Counted from the stretch's first letter, positions 1 through 14,107 are shown. The stretch: 64,000 nucleotides of DNA from Geosiphon pyriformis uo1 (GCA_016748015.1 JAAOMT010000503.1:459669-523668); one strand, 5' to 3'. The notes: a model not told the origin generated them from the letters alone. Translations and numbers: made by a program.

Positions 1-1530
1 CTCCCTGGGCTTTACTGGTGCTGTCTATTCTGGTGGTTTGAGTATTATGGACTCTGATGTGTTTTCTTCTGTATGGAATAGTTTACATGAGATTTGGTCT
101 GGCTGTTTTAAGGTGTATACAAATAGGTTTTTTAGGGGTGCTGGATCTGCTGATGTGTCGAGTGGTGCTGTTGCATACTTCCTGGCTTTGGATTTGAGTG
201 TTGGTGTCAGGGTTTTTGGTCTTTTATCTTCTACTATGGCTGAGTTGCAGGCTGTTGCTCTGGCTTTAGAGTGTGTTCTGTCATCTTGTTCTGTGGTTTT
301 GCATCTCGACAGCCAAGCTGCCATTAATGTTTGTGTCTCTGAGTTATTGTTTCTTGTTTCAGACTTTTGTAATTACTGCTGGATTGAAAGGAGGCATATT
401 TTTAACTTGATTAGGAATAAGGATCTCAGTGTAAGTTGGGTTAAAGTCAAAGATTATGCTGGTGTTTTTGGCAACATGAGAGCCAATAAGTCTGCAGGTG
501 AAGCTGCTGGCTCTTCTTATGTTTTGCCAATAGGGATACGGAAGCATTGTTTAATGGCTGAAAACACTGTGATTTTGGGCAATGCCCACTACTTTGTTAG
601 AGATGTGTTTAGATCTGTTTGTCATGCTTGCTGGGAGGCTGGTTTAGGCCAGAATGTGGTCTCAGTTGACATGCTGAGGGATTTTAATTAGACTGCTTCA
701 ATGAAGGTCTGGCATCCTGACTCACACATACTTGCTGAGTTTACTAGCCAGAAATTGGCTGATCTTCGAACATATTTAATGAAGACTGTACACAAAAGAT
801 TGCCAGTGGCTGTCAGAAAAAGATTATATAATAAATGTTATCCAGGTGTTCAGTGTTTGTTGTGTGGAGAGGTAGAACTACTAAACCATGTTTTTACTTG
901 TTCGTAGGATGTTCACACCCAAACGGAAATTTTGCTGGAGGCTTTTGCACACTGAGCATCTCTGGTTGGCAATTGTGATCCATTTTCCTCTTCTGTTCTT
1001 AAAGTTCTTGATTCTTGTCACTTGGATGTTGGCAGATATTTGGTTTTGTGTAAAGATTTTGTGATGAAGAGTTGGTGTGTTGAGGCAGTGGGTGTTTTTG
1101 AGGATGCTAGAAAAGTCTCCAGAATGGTAGTTGAGTTTGTGAGGTTCTTGGTTGAGCTGCATTGATCTAGGATCTAGTTGATTAGATCTAAATTCAAAGC
1201 AGACATGAAGAAGGCTGGCTTGGTCAATAATAATTGTTTGGTTTCGGGTTTGTCATGTGGGATGTATTCTGTGCTTTCAGATAATGTGGTGAGGATGCTT
1301 GGCGTTGCTAAGTTTTTTGCTGTCAGTTTTGGCCATTGTGGACTTTGCCTTTTTTTTTTGGGTCTAGATAGTAGTTCTCGTGTTTATATAGGTGTGTAGT
1401 GTTGTCTAGTCTGGTCTGAGTGGCTAGTCGCATGTAGTCATTGTGTGAATTGCATTTAGTTTGAGCCACTTAGTTTGGTTCTATATACTAAATAGTAGTT
1501 GGGCTTTACTCATTAAATGCAAAAAAAATA
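1..1530 (+). mobile_element. 3' part of a decayed non-LTR retrotransposon (LINE): ORF2 RNase H domain, C-terminal CCHC zinc-binding region, 3' UTR and A-rich tail
   Basis: ORF 38..691 carries RNase H motifs (VYTN[D]R, SSTMAELQAV, LDSQAAI, WVKVKDYAG..GNMRAN). ORF 701..907 carries HKRLPVAVRKRLY..CLLCGEVE..HVFTC. Frame is broken by stops. The 3' motif TTGGGCTTTACTCATTAAA is followed by an A-rich tail at ~1499-1540. Confidence 0.9.
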
Positions 1531-2685
1531 AAAATAAAACATATTGAATTATAATTATTTAATAATTTTAGCTTTAATAAATTATTTATTAATAACTTAA
1601 ATTCTATATAAAAAAAAATTTATTGCTGCTTAAATTAATAAAATATATACTTTAATAATATTAATTTATTATAAATAAAAAATTAATATGTTTAATTAAA
1701 AAGCTATCTCAAAATTTTAACAAAAAATTTACAAAAAATTCAATCATAAATATTATATATTTTTAAAAATATAATTAAAAAAATTAAAACACAACAAAAT
1801 ATTAAGTATATTTAAATTTATTTAATTACAACATTTTTTTTTTTTAAAATATTGTATAATAAGTCTTAATTTTTGTCTTAAAAACAGTTTATAAACAGTA
1901 TTTTTTTATATAAAAACTATTAAATAATAATATAATATTTTGTTTTGGTGTTTTTTTAATAATAATAAGTTTTTTATATAAATATTAAATTTAAAATATG
2001 ATTGTTACTAAAAAAATTTTTTTTATAGATTATTTTTATTTTATTTGATATCTAGTAAATACAAGTTGTATTGTTATAATAATTAATTCTAAAGCTAATA
2101 TTTCAACAGTTATTTTAAGTTTAAATTTATTATTTAAAAAAACAAATTAAACATATTAACTTTTGGTTTTACATTAACAAAAAACAATGTGTATTTAATT
2201 AATTCAAATTTTAATCATGTTTTTTATAATTAAGAATTTTTCTAATCAATAAACTCGAAAATGTTCCTTAGGTGCTTTAAATTGCTTTTAACAAAATATT
2301 GCTTATAAAGAATTAACTATTCACAATATTTTAATATAAAATGAAATGTAAGCCAAGGCTGAATGGCTGCTCAGAAATTTGATTGTTGTAGAACATGGGC
2401 TGAACATAAGAAAGCTGGTATTATTTGGTCTGTGAATGAATGTACATAAATAAAGAAAGAGCTACACTGTTGAAAGCATTAAAAAAAATGTAAAATGTAA
2501 AAAATATACTTTTTTAAGTTTCTTTATTTTGAGGGCGCCTAAACTCAAGAATGACGTATCGTTGAATAAAAATTGTAGTAATTTTTTAACAAGGGGTTAT
2601 ATTTAATAAGAATAAGAATATAAAACCCCTGAAATCTTCATGTTCACCGTCGCAGTATGCCCCATTTATATACCTGCCCAAAAAT

Positions 2686-4338
2686 ATGACAACCATACCC
2701 AACCGCGAAGAAGGTGATGAAGTGATCGTCGCGTTTGACGTGCCTGCCGAGTTACCACAGACACATGCCCCTACCTCAAGCGATTATCCTACGGATAACC
2801 TAGACCAGGAGGAAACCTCAGGACTTCTTGACGAAGCGACCCCGCTCTTGAAAAGAGAGAATTCTTGGTGGCTAAAGAAACTATGGTTGAGCTCCACAGA
2901 GCTTCCCTGGGGAACTTTCTTCAAAATAGTATTGCTGATATCTTTTATTTCTTTGATATTAGTTCTCGCAAGTGTAAGTTTGAATCCACGCATCTGAATC
3001 GTTTTCTCGGATTCGAGTTTAATATATAAAGACTTTTTGGATCAAGGTGTTTCACATACAAAATCATATCAAGGAAGTTTTGATATATATTCAACAACAT
3101 CGCGAATATGGAATACTTATTTATATCGGTGTATACACAGTTTGCGTTTGGACCTTTTTACCAGGGTAAAGGAAGATTTTTATAAAAGTCACTTAATAAA
3201 TGTTGCGCTATAACGTAAGACTTGTTTCTTTTCGCAAGGTCTATAGTTAGCATTGCGGCCGGATTTCTTTTCAAGCCACTCATTCTAGCTGGCGCTGTCA
3301 TTATTTTTGGTGATTTACTGGGTGCTTTTGGAACATTTATTTTTGGCCGATACATATTTTCAGATTGGGTACGTGCACAAATCTCGAAACGACCAATGTT
3401 TTTGGCTCTTAATCATGTCATTGCTGAAGAAGGTGATTAAAGTGATAGGCTTTTTATAAATATACATTGATGAAGCAGTTATAACCTTTCTTTTATTCTC
3501 ATCTTGTTTATAATCCCTTGATTCGATATGTTTCCTTAGGCTGGAGGATCGTCGTTATGCTAAGATTGACTCCACTACCCTTCAATTTGGTCAGTTTCTT
3601 CTTTTCCGTAAGCTCAATTAAGGTTGGTTACTTGATCCTTATATTCTTTTGATAAAGTGCAAAGCGCGTCTCTAAAGAAGTGGGATTTTTATCAATCATC
3701 AAAGTTATTTCCTTTCCTCTGGGCAACCGCGATTGGTGTCTTGCCAAACACCTTCAATGCTGTTTGGATTGGATCATTAGTAAAGAGTTTAAGTGGGATT
3801 GATCGGCCGAAACTAGGAAATAAAGGTGAAGACTATCTAGGCTTTTAGAAAGCCACAAAAACATGATTTGAATTTAAAGAGAATTTATGACTGAATTTCT
3901 TTTGGCAATTGTATCGTTTGTAGACATAGTTGTAATTGCAATGAACTTTATTTTTGTTGGATGCTGCGTGGTCAGTTTGTCTGTGTTTGGTAAGCGATCT
4001 CTAAGGAAAGCGACACTGAAATTGGAAGCCTCTAAAGAATCAGACCTTTCCATCAATCAAGAAGATCAAAATCCCCAAAATCTCGTCGTACCTTCATCGG
4101 GTAGGTTTTCCTAAGCCATATTGAAAAATCTCGACTTCGAAACTTGATATTCAACCAATTTTTCAAACTTTATTTAGACAACTTGGTCTTAGAGGAAGAG
4201 CCTTTGAGGTGTTCTGTAGGAGATTTCACACGAACGGAGAAAGTTGTACTTTATCTCATACTTATATTGGCTCTTCTTAATGTCTTTGTTTGTGTTCCCT
4301 TGTATTTTTGGTTCCAATATATCGAGGAAAAACCATAA
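2686..4338 (+). CDS. TVP38/TMEM64 (SNARE-associated, VTT/DedA family) membrane protein, about 7 exons
   Basis: Exons encode LPGS-IVSIAAGFLFKP..GDLLGAFGTFIFGRY, GWRIVVMLRLTPLPFNL and PFLWATAIGVLP, which are VTT-domain hallmarks. GT-AG introns; internal exon limits are approximate. Confidence 0.85.
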
Positions 4339-4598
4339 TATATTCATGTATCATAATGTTTAGTGTATAGTTAATTGCTTTTCCTTAGTGATATTGGATT
4401 TTGATTTTCAGCTGTATATACAAATGGGTTGAAAATTTTCTATTTTATCTCTTTTAAAAATAAAATTTGCTATGGTTTTTGTGATTTGATTACAAGTTTA
4501 ATACGATTATAACTTTGGTTTGAAATTAAATGAGTAAATTTAAATTTAAATAATAAATTTATCTTTTTTAATTAATATATTTTTTAATTTTTATTCAA

Positions 4599-4621
4599 TT
4601 TACGAGTGAGGCCCTACCACA
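4599..4621 (-). mobile_element. Tiny isolated LINE 3'-terminal fragment
   Basis: Minus strand reads GTGGTAGGGCCTCACTCGTAAA, matching the LINE terminal motif at 1499, 4676-4691, 18207 and 47956. Confidence 0.5.
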
Positions 4622-4659
4622 TAAATATATTTATTGATTTTAAAAATATATATATATAT

Positions 4660-5262
4660 TTTTATTTATTTATTTAACGAGTGAAGCCCAATCGCAATCT
4701 AATACAATGCAACAAACTAAGTGCTCTAAATTAGACGCGACTCACGCGCTCACTGTAACATCACCGCCAAGACCAGGAAAAAAACAAAAAGCTCATTCGC
4801 GAACCGATACCTACAGCATGAGCTTCCGCAATACCAAGCATCCGCACCACACCATGAGATACGGTGGTCGAAAGGCCACGCACAACAGAAGACACAGAGC
4901 CATCCACACATAACCTGCCGCCCTTCTCTAATTCAGCCCTAAACTTAGACCTAGCCAACCAAATCCTTTCCCTATGACCAAACCATGAACAAAGTCGACC
5001 AGCTTCGAAACAGCGATCTTGACGTCACTAAATAACAAAGAAGCTTCCTGGAACCATTCCCTGAAAACAAAACCCTTGCACAGAGTCGTGTGCGAACGCC
5101 CATCATTAGCACCCAAAGACAACATTTGCAACACCGAAGACGACGAAACACATGGTCCAGTCAAGGCTTTCAAAGCGCGATGTCAGCTCCCAGCACACAA
5201 ATGAATGATCAGAAAATTCCACCTCGCCACATTGTACGCACAGGACACTGGGATACGACTTT
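4660..5262 (-). mobile_element. 5'-truncated LINE fragment (ORF2 C-terminus, 3' UTR and (TAAA)n tail)
   Basis: Minus strand encodes YPSVLCVQCGEVEFSDHSFVC, LCKGFVFREWFQEA and ARSKFRAELEKGG..GVVRMLGIAEAHAVGIG, homologous to 840-1399. Confidence 0.88.
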
Positions 5263-5660
5263 TTTATCAAATTTTTATATGAATTAAAAAAAACATTAAT
5301 AATTATATTTTTAAAGTAATATTTATAATTTTTAAATTCAAAAAAAATTGTTTTTGTTTTAAAGTTTTAAATTGGTTTGTTTTTAAAAAATTTACTTATA
5401 ATAATTTAATTTTGTAAATATTAGTCAAAAAATAAATGATATTAAAGAGTTAACATATAATAATAAATGAACTATATTGGCTAAAACCGAAAAATTAAAA
5501 ATTTTTACAAAAAAAATCAATTATATACATATTAATAATTAATTATTGATTAATATAATAGTAAATTATAATTGGCTGTAGTATTATTTTTGATATTGAT
5601 CATGATCCTATTTATACGCGTCCATCCTTGTAAATACAACCCAAAGTCGCGTCTCTTGCA

Positions 5661-8600
5661 ATGGATAAACCCCGCCTAGTCATAGTGAAAATGGTACTAT
5701 TCAATTTTAAGTCTTATGCTGGACGACAAGAAATAGGACCCTTCCATAAGGTATTTAGATATAAGCGTTGGCTCAAAACTAGTGCCTGAATTATATCATT
5801 AATCAAAATCCGTCATTCCTAGTCTTTCACCTCGATTGTAGGACCCAATGGTTCAGGAAAATCTAACGTTATCGACGCACTTCTATTTGTTTTTGGATAT
5901 CGAGCCCACAAAATGCGCCAGGGTAAACTATCAGAACTCATTCACTCATCACAAGGGCTCGAAAATCTAGATAATTGCATGGTGGAAGTTCATTTTCATG
6001 AAATTCAAGACGTGGTAAGAATAGACAAACAAGTTACCCATGAAATGTTTTTCTTATAAACATACCTTTTTTGGGAACAGCCGGGAACCGACGATCCTGA
6101 AATTATCCTCAACTCTCACTTAGTTATTTCTCGCCAAGCTTTTCGAAGCAATGCAAGCAAGTACTTTATCAATGGGCTATCAAGCAACTATCGAGAAGTC
6201 ACTTCGTTATTGAAGGAACGAGGCATTGACTTGGATCATAAGAGGTTCCTAATTCTTCAGGTAATTTCATTTCATTTCCTTTCATTAATTAATCCACAAA
6301 ATTATCGTATAATTATGTTTTAAAAATTGTAGGGAGAAGTTGAATCAATATCCCAAATGAAACCAAAAGCACAAAGCGAGCACGATGAAGGACTCTTGGA
6401 GTACCTTGAAGATATTATAGGGACTTCAAAATACAAATTGCCCATAGAAGAGGCAAGCGATCAACTGGAGAAACTCAACGATGAAAGATCAGAGAAACTG
6501 AATCGTGTCAAAATTGTAGAAAAAGAAAAACAGAGTTTGGAGGTAAAGATTTCTGTGATTTGTTTGAAAGCTTTTTTTTAATCTAACGCTCAAATTTTCT
6601 TCTTGGACAAAAGGGTAAAAAAGCAGAAGCAGAGGCCTTTCTACGTGATGAAAACATACTCACTTCCAAGAAATCTACCCTATATCAAATGCAACTCATG
6701 GAGTGCAACTCTAGGATTGATATAGCTTCCCTTGCTGTGGTATAAATTTCTTTTTAATTGTAATTTATTTAAGAGAATCATATTAAGCCGGAAACTTTTG
6801 ACCTAATTCATCACAAGAATGAGTGTCAACAAAAACTCGTAGAAGAAGAGGAAAGGCATGCTCATATAAAAAAGGATGCCATGGAGCTACAACAAAATTT
6901 TGATAATACCCGCCAAGAGTACGAGGTAGTTTAGTGAAATGCAACAAACAAGATTCGAATTCTATTTAATCAATTTTTTTAATCAGGCAATTGAGAAGGA
7001 AACCAAAAACGTCCTCAAAGAATTGGCAAAATGTGAAAAAGATGACATTCATCTTCAGGAAAAGAAAAAGCATGCCAATACAAAACAAAAAAAACTTGCC
7101 AAGACATTGCAAAAAGTATACGATTAAATCTTGATTCATTCTGTTTCTCAATGGCTGAATCAAACTCCTTGGTGATCATTTAATCATTCCATCATGAATA
7201 TTAAACAGGATCGCGCTTCCCTTTTAGAAACAAAAACATCCATTCGTTATTATCATGAAGATCTTGCCACAAGAGATCGAGAACTTGGTATATTAGAAAA
7301 ATCCTTGGAATCTGAGGAGCGCCAATTAGAAGACATTCGTGAAAGTCTCAAAGGTAAATTTAATTAAAAGCCCACTTGAATTCACATTCAAAGTCTGAAC
7401 CTAACATTATTTCTCATGGAAACCGGTATTCAGGAAAAACTGAAGTTTTTTCTTCTCAGATTGAAGAAAAACAGAAAGAACTAGTCCCATGGAATGAAAA
7501 GATTAATTCCAAGCAATCAAATATTGATGTTTTACAATCTGAATATGATATTCTCAAGGATAAGACTCAATCAATTAAAGCTGCATTAGAAAAATCAGAA
7601 CAAGAAATTTTAACCCTCGAGGAAACCCGTAAAGAAAAAGTAATTGACCAGCATTGAACTTGTTTGTCTTGCCCATTTTAGAAAAAAACATATTAACAGA
7701 AATTAAATCGTTCGAATACAGGAACATCAAATCGATACGACTCGCAGACAGATAGAAAATTTAGAAAATGACATTGAAAAAGCTGACGCCAGCCTAAAGG
7801 TTCAATTTTCAATTTTATGACTAGTCACCACAAAATTGATTTCTTTTCTTTAATCTATTCATCATTTCACGGATAGAACAATAATGGGTTATATGAAGAG
7901 TATCGTTCTAATCTTGCAGACGCGCGTCAAAAAGCTGATGAAGCCAAAGCTTTATTGCAATCTTCACAGTCAAGAGGACTGATCCTAATTAACTTACTAA
8001 AATTAAGAGAGAGTGGTCGCATAAAAGGCATTCACGTTAGTTTGATTCTCAAAACGTGGGTAGACTGATCCTCAACCGTTTTTACATATATATATATATA
8101 TTTTTTATTATTATTATTTAGAATCGCCTGGGAAACCTTGGCGTGATAGATGATAAATACGATGTTGCAATTTCCACGGCATGTAGCGCATTGAACAATA
8201 TCGTGGTTGATTCAGTCGAGGATGCCCAGGCTTGTATTGAATATTTGAGAAAAAACAATTTAGGGCGTGCCACATTTACCGCACTGAATCAGCTTCCTTC
8301 TATGGATATGGGAAGGATTGAAACTCCAGAGAATGTTCCACGGCTTTTCGATCTTGTTCAACCAAAAGACAAAAAATTTGCACAAGCTTTTTTCAATGCG
8401 CTCAGAAACACCCTTGTGGCGCATAACCTTGGACAAGCTAATCGACTTGCTTTTGGACGACAAAGATGGAGAGTAGTCACATTAGATGGAAAGCTAATCG
8501 ATACATCTGGTACTATGACCGGAGGCGGGACTAAAATTATGAGAGGTGCTATGAGCTCAAAGTTTGTCCCAGATGTCACTTCAACATCGGTCGAGGCCTT

Positions 8601-10743
8601 GCTCAGAGAACAAAATCGATGTGAAGAAAAATGGAAAAAGCTTCAGGAAGAGAGACAACATTTAGAAAATGATCTGCGGGAAAAGAAGGAAGAGATTCCA
8701 AAGTTAAAGTTGAACTTGTCAAAATTGGCCATGGATGTAAATTCGTGCAAAAAGCGGATTGCCGATGCTAAGAAAAGGGTTATCGAATTGCGGTAAAAGA
8801 ATTTTAATTCTTTTCTTCGTTTTTAATTGGTTTTCTGAGCGATATATTGATTCTTTTACAGTCAACAAAATAAACCAAATTTGCAAGATGCAAGGCGCAT
8901 GGAACAACTACAGTCAGAAATCAATAATTTGAAAACTCAATATGAGGAATTAAAAAGATGTTCTGGAAGAATAGAAGAAGAAATCAAAAAATTACAAAAG
9001 AAAATTTTAGAAGTTGGTGGGGTCCAACTTCGCAGTCAAAAATCAAAAGTTGATGATATTAAAGAACAGATTGACGCCTTAAATGATGGGATTACCACTT
9101 TGCAAGTGGCTAAAACGAAAGCCGAAAAAGATATCATTAAATTAGAAAATTCAATTGCAAAAGCGGTGACCGAAGAAGAGGAATTGGGTGAAGAATTAAG
9201 ACAACTAGATGAAGATATTCGAGAGAACACTTTGGCGTCATATGATATCCGACAGAAAGCTGAAAAAGCTCAAGATGTAAAAATCTCAAATTATTTTAAT
9301 ATCGGATTCATGTTAATTTCTTATTGAACATGGTTCTTTTTGCACACATTTAGTTAATGGATAATAAAAAAGAAGAATTGGATGTGATGAGGAAAAACTC
9401 TGATGAAAAAACTGAAATCATCAATAAAATTAGAGCAGCTGAAGTATATAAACTCTATCAACGGCAGGTACCACCTGATGCTATACTCATTAACACGATT
9501 TTCTATCATAGGTCGAAATCAAAAATAAGTTGGATGTCGGCCAACGGGATCTAGCCGAAAACCAACAAAAGTGGAATCAATGGCGTACTTTGATCGGAAA
9601 ATTATCTCTTCATAAAATTGGGTATTTGTGAAATATTTGAAAGCAGATAATATCTCATTAATGCACTCATAATATTAATTCGAATCATCACAGTGATGAA
9701 GATGAAGTACAAGAAAACGAACTGCAGTTGTATACTGACGATGAACTAAAAGGAACGGACAAAGAAAGCTTGAAGAAAGAAATTCACGAACTTGAAGGTT
9801 TATAATCTTTTATGCACGTCGTTTTTTACAAAGATAAACATTTACACCTCAGCCTAATTTACAGAAAAATCAAAAAATGCCAAGCCTAACTTAACTGTGC
9901 TCGCAGAGTATCGACAACGTGAAGAAGAATATATATCTCGTGCGCGTGATCTAGAAGAAATCACGATGAGTCGTGATTCTACTAAAATGCAATATGATGA
10001 GTTGAGAAAACAAAGGCTAGACGAATTCATGCAGGGTTTCACATTGATTTCCCAAAAGCTCAAAGAGATGTATCAGGTTCTTATACTAAATTCTTTTGCA
10101 GGTTTCACGTATGCAACTAGATACTCGGCATTCTAAGTCTTTTTAACTTCTAAAACAGATTATAACCTTGGGTGGGAATGCCGAACTTGAATTAGTAGAT
10201 AGCTTGGACCCTTTTTCCGAAGGAATCATATTCAGTGTTATGCCACCCAAAAAGAGCTGGAAGAATATTTCGAATTTATCGGGTGGTGAAAAAGTAAGCT
10301 TAAATAAATTATCAAGTTTTTCATCAATTTGAAGGAAAGAATTTAGCATTGAAAAAATCCCACCTTTATTTTCACAATTTAGACTCTAAGTTCTTTGGCT
10401 TTGGTGTTTGCTCTGCATCATTTCAAACCAACCCCTTTGTATGTAATGGATGAAATCGACGCTGCTTTAGATTTTCGAAACGTGTCAATTGTCGCCAATT
10501 ATATCAAAGAACGAACTAAAAATGCACAATTCATTATCATCAGTCTCCGAAATAATATGTTCGAATTGGCAGATCGCTTGGTCGGCATTTATAAGACAAA
10601 CAATATGGTATGCTTTTTACTTTTTCAAATTCTAATGTTTCTCTTTTAGGAAGGTTATAATCCTCCCTTCCTTTTCCTTAACTATTTAGACCAAATCTAT
10701 TAGCATCTCACCGCAGCAGTTTACAACAGTCCTTGGACATTAA
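5661..10743 (+). CDS. SMC4: Condensin subunit SMC4 (about 20 exons)
   Basis: Starts MDKPRLVIVKMVLFNFKSYAG. Contains Walker A GPNGSGKSN, FLILQGEVESISQMKPK, hinge RWRVVTLDGKLIDTSGTMTGGG, signature LSGGEKTLSSLAL and Walker B YVMDEIDAALD. Stop TAA at 10741-10743. Confidence 0.96.
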
Positions 10744-11592
10744 TAAAAAACCATTATCATTTTTAAACAATAATAGAATAAAAAGCTTTCATTCAAAGAC
10801 TCATTCGTTAACATTAAATGAACCTTTTTCATAACACTTAATAATAATTGTTCACCATTACGGCGTCACTGTATTCACTCGCTCCTCTAAATCATATTTA
10901 CATTTGACATGTGGCTTTTTAGGGTGCTTGTATCATATGAACAAATAAATTATACCTTTCAAGAAACATGGGAGCATGTTTATGCATGATTTCAAACTTT
11001 AAAGCTCTTGTAATCCAGCTTCATTGCCTTTTTTATCTACATTATGAAGATGATGTGCGATTTCTATTTTGATTCTGATAGATTAAAGAATTTCTGATCA
11101 AGCCCTTTTTACTACTCTATTTCCCATTAAACTATAGACTCAGATTTCCAAATGATTTTTAACAAATCGCGGGATCGCCCTTTTAATAGTAAATATATAT
11201 ATTTAAAATTTTATTGGTTTAGCAACTCAATATGCCAGCATTACGCCCTGTTTTCTCTCGTTGAATTCTTGTTAATTTACAGATTTGAAGATAGGATAAA
11301 TAAACACAAATGGTTACTCAGTTTTCTGTTTGCCAAAAACACAAGATGAGTAGTTCAAATGACTTATTTCTAATCCATCATCAGCCAAAACTGATTTATC
11401 AACTCATGGTGCTGGGATGGGAAGTCTGAAAAATTAGGGGAATTTTGATTTAAAATGAGCTTCACCTTTTAAAAAATACCTTTCAATTTATTCTACGACT
11501 ATTAATATTCACATTTGATACAAGTAGATTTTTTGTCCATATCATAGATATAATATACTAGAGAAATTTGATAGTTTTAAAATCATACAAAG

Positions 11593-13299
11593 ATGGTCAC
11601 CTTCCCTACAGATTATTGGGCACCTGCTATTGACGTTACTGTTCGCCGTCGGACTGATGAGAAACCTCAACGACGCAATTTAACAGAGCGCCTCGCAAAA
11701 GCTTCATTGCCCAGAGATATCAATATTTCAACAAAACCAAACTTTGAATTACCATTTGTTGACAGCCCTTTGACCACTGAGACTGAAACCCCCTTTTCAG
11801 ATGCTTTTAATAAGTCTTCCCCTCCCAGTGCCGCTTCCAGCGTCTCTACGACTAGTACATTCACTTCACATACTCCAACAGAGCCAAAAAAGATGACCTT
11901 GGTACAAAGTATGCAACGTCTTTTTGTTCACGAGTCAAAATCTCCACACGGTTCTCCAAACAGTTCACCTAAAGAAGATAGAGAGTTTTTTAGTACTACT
12001 CCAGATAATAAAACTATGCTCAAAGACATTCTTTCCCCACGACTTGATTTTGATAATGGAAATCCTCCCAAAAATCTTATTGGTTTTGATAACGGAAAGC
12101 TATCCGAGTCAGAATGTTTGTTAGTAAAAAAATATGGTGTATGTGAAAAAGGGTGCATTGGTAAAGGGGCCACCGCGGTTGTCCGTCTCGCTCATAAATT
12201 GGATAAATCAGATTGTGAAAGAACTTATGCTGTTAAGGTAACTTTTTAGTTTTTGTCCAAAATTTCATAGACCTAGATTATCATTAACAACTTTAATTTT
12301 ATAGGAATTCCGAAAGAGGAGAAAAAACGAAACTGAAAAAGATTACTTCAAAAAACTCACGAGTGAATTTTGTATAAGCTCTTCGCTCCAGCACATAAAC
12401 ATAGTTAGGACAGTAGATTTGGTGTTTCAAGATGAAAACCAAACTTGGTGTGAAATTATGGTATGTATTTTTTTCTTGATGCAAACCTCGATTTTCAAAG
12501 GCGCTTTCTGCTATATTAAAAATTTTTGTATTTTGATATTCAGGAATATTGTGCTGGTGGTGATTTGTACTCTGCAATTAAAGCCGGTTATATGACCGTA
12601 ACGGTAATCAATTGTTGCTTCAAACAGCTTCTTCAAGGGGTGGGCTATCTACATTCTATGGGAGTTGCACATAGGGACATAAAGCCTGAAAACTTGTTGA
12701 TAGATGATAAAGGTCATCTAAAGATTACAGATTTTGGTGTTTCTGATGTCTTCAGAACATGCTGGCAAGAAGCAACCCGTATGTCTAAAGGACTTTGTGG
12801 TTCAGAACCTTACATTGCTCCGGTAAATTTAATATAAATGATTTTGAAATTTTGATAAAATTTGTCTTCAATGTTAACATGAGTCAAAATCTTCATTTCT
12901 CAGGAACAATTCGAAACAAATAAAGAGTACGACGCTCGACTTGTCGATATATGGGCGTGTGGCATTGTATATTACTGCATGATTTATCAAGGTATTCCTT
13001 TCAGGACCGCTACGCCTTCAGATCCAAATTATGGAAATTATTTGGAAACGAGAAATACTGGTCATTACGAACCCATCGAAAAACTCCCTCGGGGATGCCG
13101 TGACTTACTGTACCGTATTTTAGAACCTGATGTTTCAAAACGTATAACTATTGAAAAAATCAAGGAGGACACTTGGTTCCAAACTATCGAAGTTTGTACC
13201 GACTCTTTAAATGTGCTAATTCAGGAGCATAACCACATATCGCCCGAGTGTTTAAAAGAAATTCAACAAAATACTGCCATTGCTGGCGGGAAAAAGTAA
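11593..13299 (+). CDS. Ser/Thr protein kinase of the fungal HAL4/SAT4/HRK1/NPR1 family, 4 exons
   Basis: [78 protein letters not shown]. Ser/Thr-rich N-terminus. Confidence 0.92.
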
Positions 13300-14034
13300 T
13301 GTCACATAAATTAATATTGTAAAATAAATAGAGCTCACTATTCAATTTCAACATCTTCTACATACCGATCATTATTATCTTCAACTTCTATTGATTTAAA
13401 AATCAAACCAGTCGAGGATTTTGCTATTACCATTTGCAAACTTGGAATCATGTATTTTTCCTATTTTAACTTGAAATAAATTTCAAAGATTTTCTTTGAA
13501 CTTTTTGTGTAAATCCTCATTGATTTCGCTGGTCGTGTTTTATTATTGGATTCTGAAACACTTATAAATTATACTCCAGAGGTTAATTAGAGTGATGTTT
13601 CACGATCTAAAGTATGTAAACTAACATATTAACCATTGTGCGCCTTTTGGGTATATTCTTTAATCTCTTTTGGACTGAAAATTTAAGGGTTTCAATCGTG
13701 TGTAATAATGAGGGTGATAACTATATTGATTTGAAATTGACATATGACTTAACGATACAATGCATTGTTGATATTTTAATTAATACTATCATTTTCTTAA
13801 CTGTTGTTTTATTCTTTTTCTCATTTATATGTAAATATATTAACTATAAATGTAGTAATTCATAATTTAAAATTTTACATACGTATATAAGTAATATTTT
13901 TATTAAATCATAATTTTTATATTTTAATCTATTTTTAATATTTTTAATTAACAAAATTTTATTGTTGTTTTGTAAAAATAGCATCAAATAAAATTTAAAA
14001 CAAGACATAATGAAAAAATCCTTAATGTATTAAT

Positions 14035-14107
14035 TAAAAAAGTTTTTATTTTACATAGATTTTTTAAAAAAGTTTTTATTTTACATAGATTTTTTAAAAA
14101 AGTTTTT
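14035..14107. repeat. 30-bp tandem duplication at the start of a LINE remnant
   Basis: AAAAAAGTTTTTATTTTACATAGATTTTTT occurs twice, followed by a partial third copy. Confidence 0.7.

Noticed and set aside
1540-2500. AT-rich stretch with a short coding-like patch at ~2340-2480
   Set aside because: Probably very old TE debris, but too decayed to assign.
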